Positions 54,324 through 54,890 of a DNA stretch of 54,890 nt are shown here, one piece after another. Both the position numbers and the translations under genes were made by a program. Position 1 is the stretch's first letter, and each line of letters starts with the position of its first letter. The notes beneath the pieces are model-generated. The model searched no databases, had not been told where the DNA came from, and saw nothing but the letters and a program-made list of their open reading frames with translations. The stretch is from an uncultured virus (IMG/VR IMGVR_UViG_3300013127_000001) (lineage: Duplodnaviria > Heunggongvirae > Uroviricota > Caudoviricetes), in the IMG/VR virus record IMGVR_UViG_3300013127_000001; one strand, written 5' to 3'.

Positions 54324-54360
54324 CGTTTTCCTTTCGGCCCGGTTATGGCAAGCGTTCGTC
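54272..54360 (-). mobile_element. attC-like recombination site (89 bp)
   Basis: GACGAAC-GCT-TGCCAT-AACCGG-GCC...GGC-T-CCGGTT-C-ATGGCA-TT-GTTCACA. Confidence 0.75.
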
Positions 54361-54366
54361 TGACGA

Positions 54367-54645
54367 TCACCAAGACCGATGACGCTCTCTCACGGCTTCC
54401 TGTCCGTCGTAATTGTCGATCTCCCAGCTAACATCGCCTGGGATGCTGACCACTTGAAGGTTCGCCAATGCCCCACTGGCTTTCGCGCCAAGCCTTTCGA
54501 CTACTTCGACCAGCTTGGGGTCGCTTCGCTTTTCTTCTTCTCTGTACGCAAATCCGTAACCGTCCCAATCAAGACCCAATTCCTTGTACGCTTCTTGCGA
54601 CAATCCGAATCCGCCCCAACATCTATTCACAACTACCTTTGCCAT
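54367..54645 (-). CDS. Cassette-borne hypothetical phage protein
   Basis: KVVVNRCWGGFGLS...RSDPKLVEVVE.LG...YDGQE; GAGGTG RBS. Confidence 0.75.
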   Translation of the reverse strand: MAKVVVNRCWGGFGLSQEAYKELGLDWDGYGFAYREEEKRSDPKLVEVVERLGAKASGALANLQVVSIPGDVSWEIDNYDGQEAVRERHRSW

Positions 54646-54663
54646 ATCTCACCTCGATTCGCA

Positions 54664-54754
54664 GACGAACAAAATGTTGTACCGGAGCACGCGATCCGGC
54701 GTTTTCTCGATGGAGAGCCTACCGGCGCGTGCCCGGTAAACATTAGCGTTATCT
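54664..54754 (-). mobile_element. attC-like recombination site (91 bp)
   Basis: AGATAAC-GCT-AATGTT-TACCGG-GCACGCG...CGCGTGC-T-CCGGTA-C-AACATT-TT-GTTCGTC. Confidence 0.75.
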
Positions 54755-54761
54755 AGCTAGA

Positions 54762-54890
54762 CTAAAGCATCCGAATATCGCGAGAAGCATACGTCACATG
54801 AGAAGACTTTTCGTCGGGCTCGTACCTCTCGGCAATCCTTGCACACCTTTCCCGCTCATCAAGCCTTGCCTCCTTATCACACTGACGCAA
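54762..54890 (-). CDS. 3' end of a hypothetical protein, truncated by the window edge
   Basis: Open frame ...EARLDERERCARIAE...RDIRML*. Confidence 0.5.
   Translation of the reverse strand: MRQCDKEARLDERERCARIAERYEPDEKSSHVTYASRDIRML

Noticed and set aside
1..54890. Stop-codon reassignment
   Set aside because: Conserved genes are full length in the standard code, and TAA, TAG and TGA all serve as stops.

Overview
This is a 55-kb segment of a large, probably jumbo-class, dsDNA tailed phage genome. Almost all genes are on the minus strand and read in the standard code. It carries a virion region (intein-containing portal, glycosyltransferases, tubulin/FtsZ-like protein), a replication/recombination block (UDG-fused PolA, primase, DnaB-like and SF2 helicases, RecA, SbcCD, resolvase, DEDDh exonuclease, Tmk, Dcd) and many small accessory genes. 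The main find is a compact RNA-guided system. Its ~457-aa TnpB/Cas12f-like protein has a degenerate, truncated RuvC, and its C-terminus is replaced by a GIY-YIG-clan (T5orf172/MUG113-like) domain. It is accompanied by five dispersed CRISPR mini-arrays (18 copies of one 36-nt repeat, 13 spacers). Each array is fused to its own ~131-135-nt structured scaffold showing compensatory base changes. No cas1/cas2 is recognisable. Other notable elements are an attC-type integron-cassette array at the right end, a RAMP/Cas7-like gene next to an IS110/Nop-like gene, a perfect 58-bp inverted repeat pair, and a recurrent intergenic 12-bp palindrome. All protein calls come from motif recognition by eye; no database search was run.
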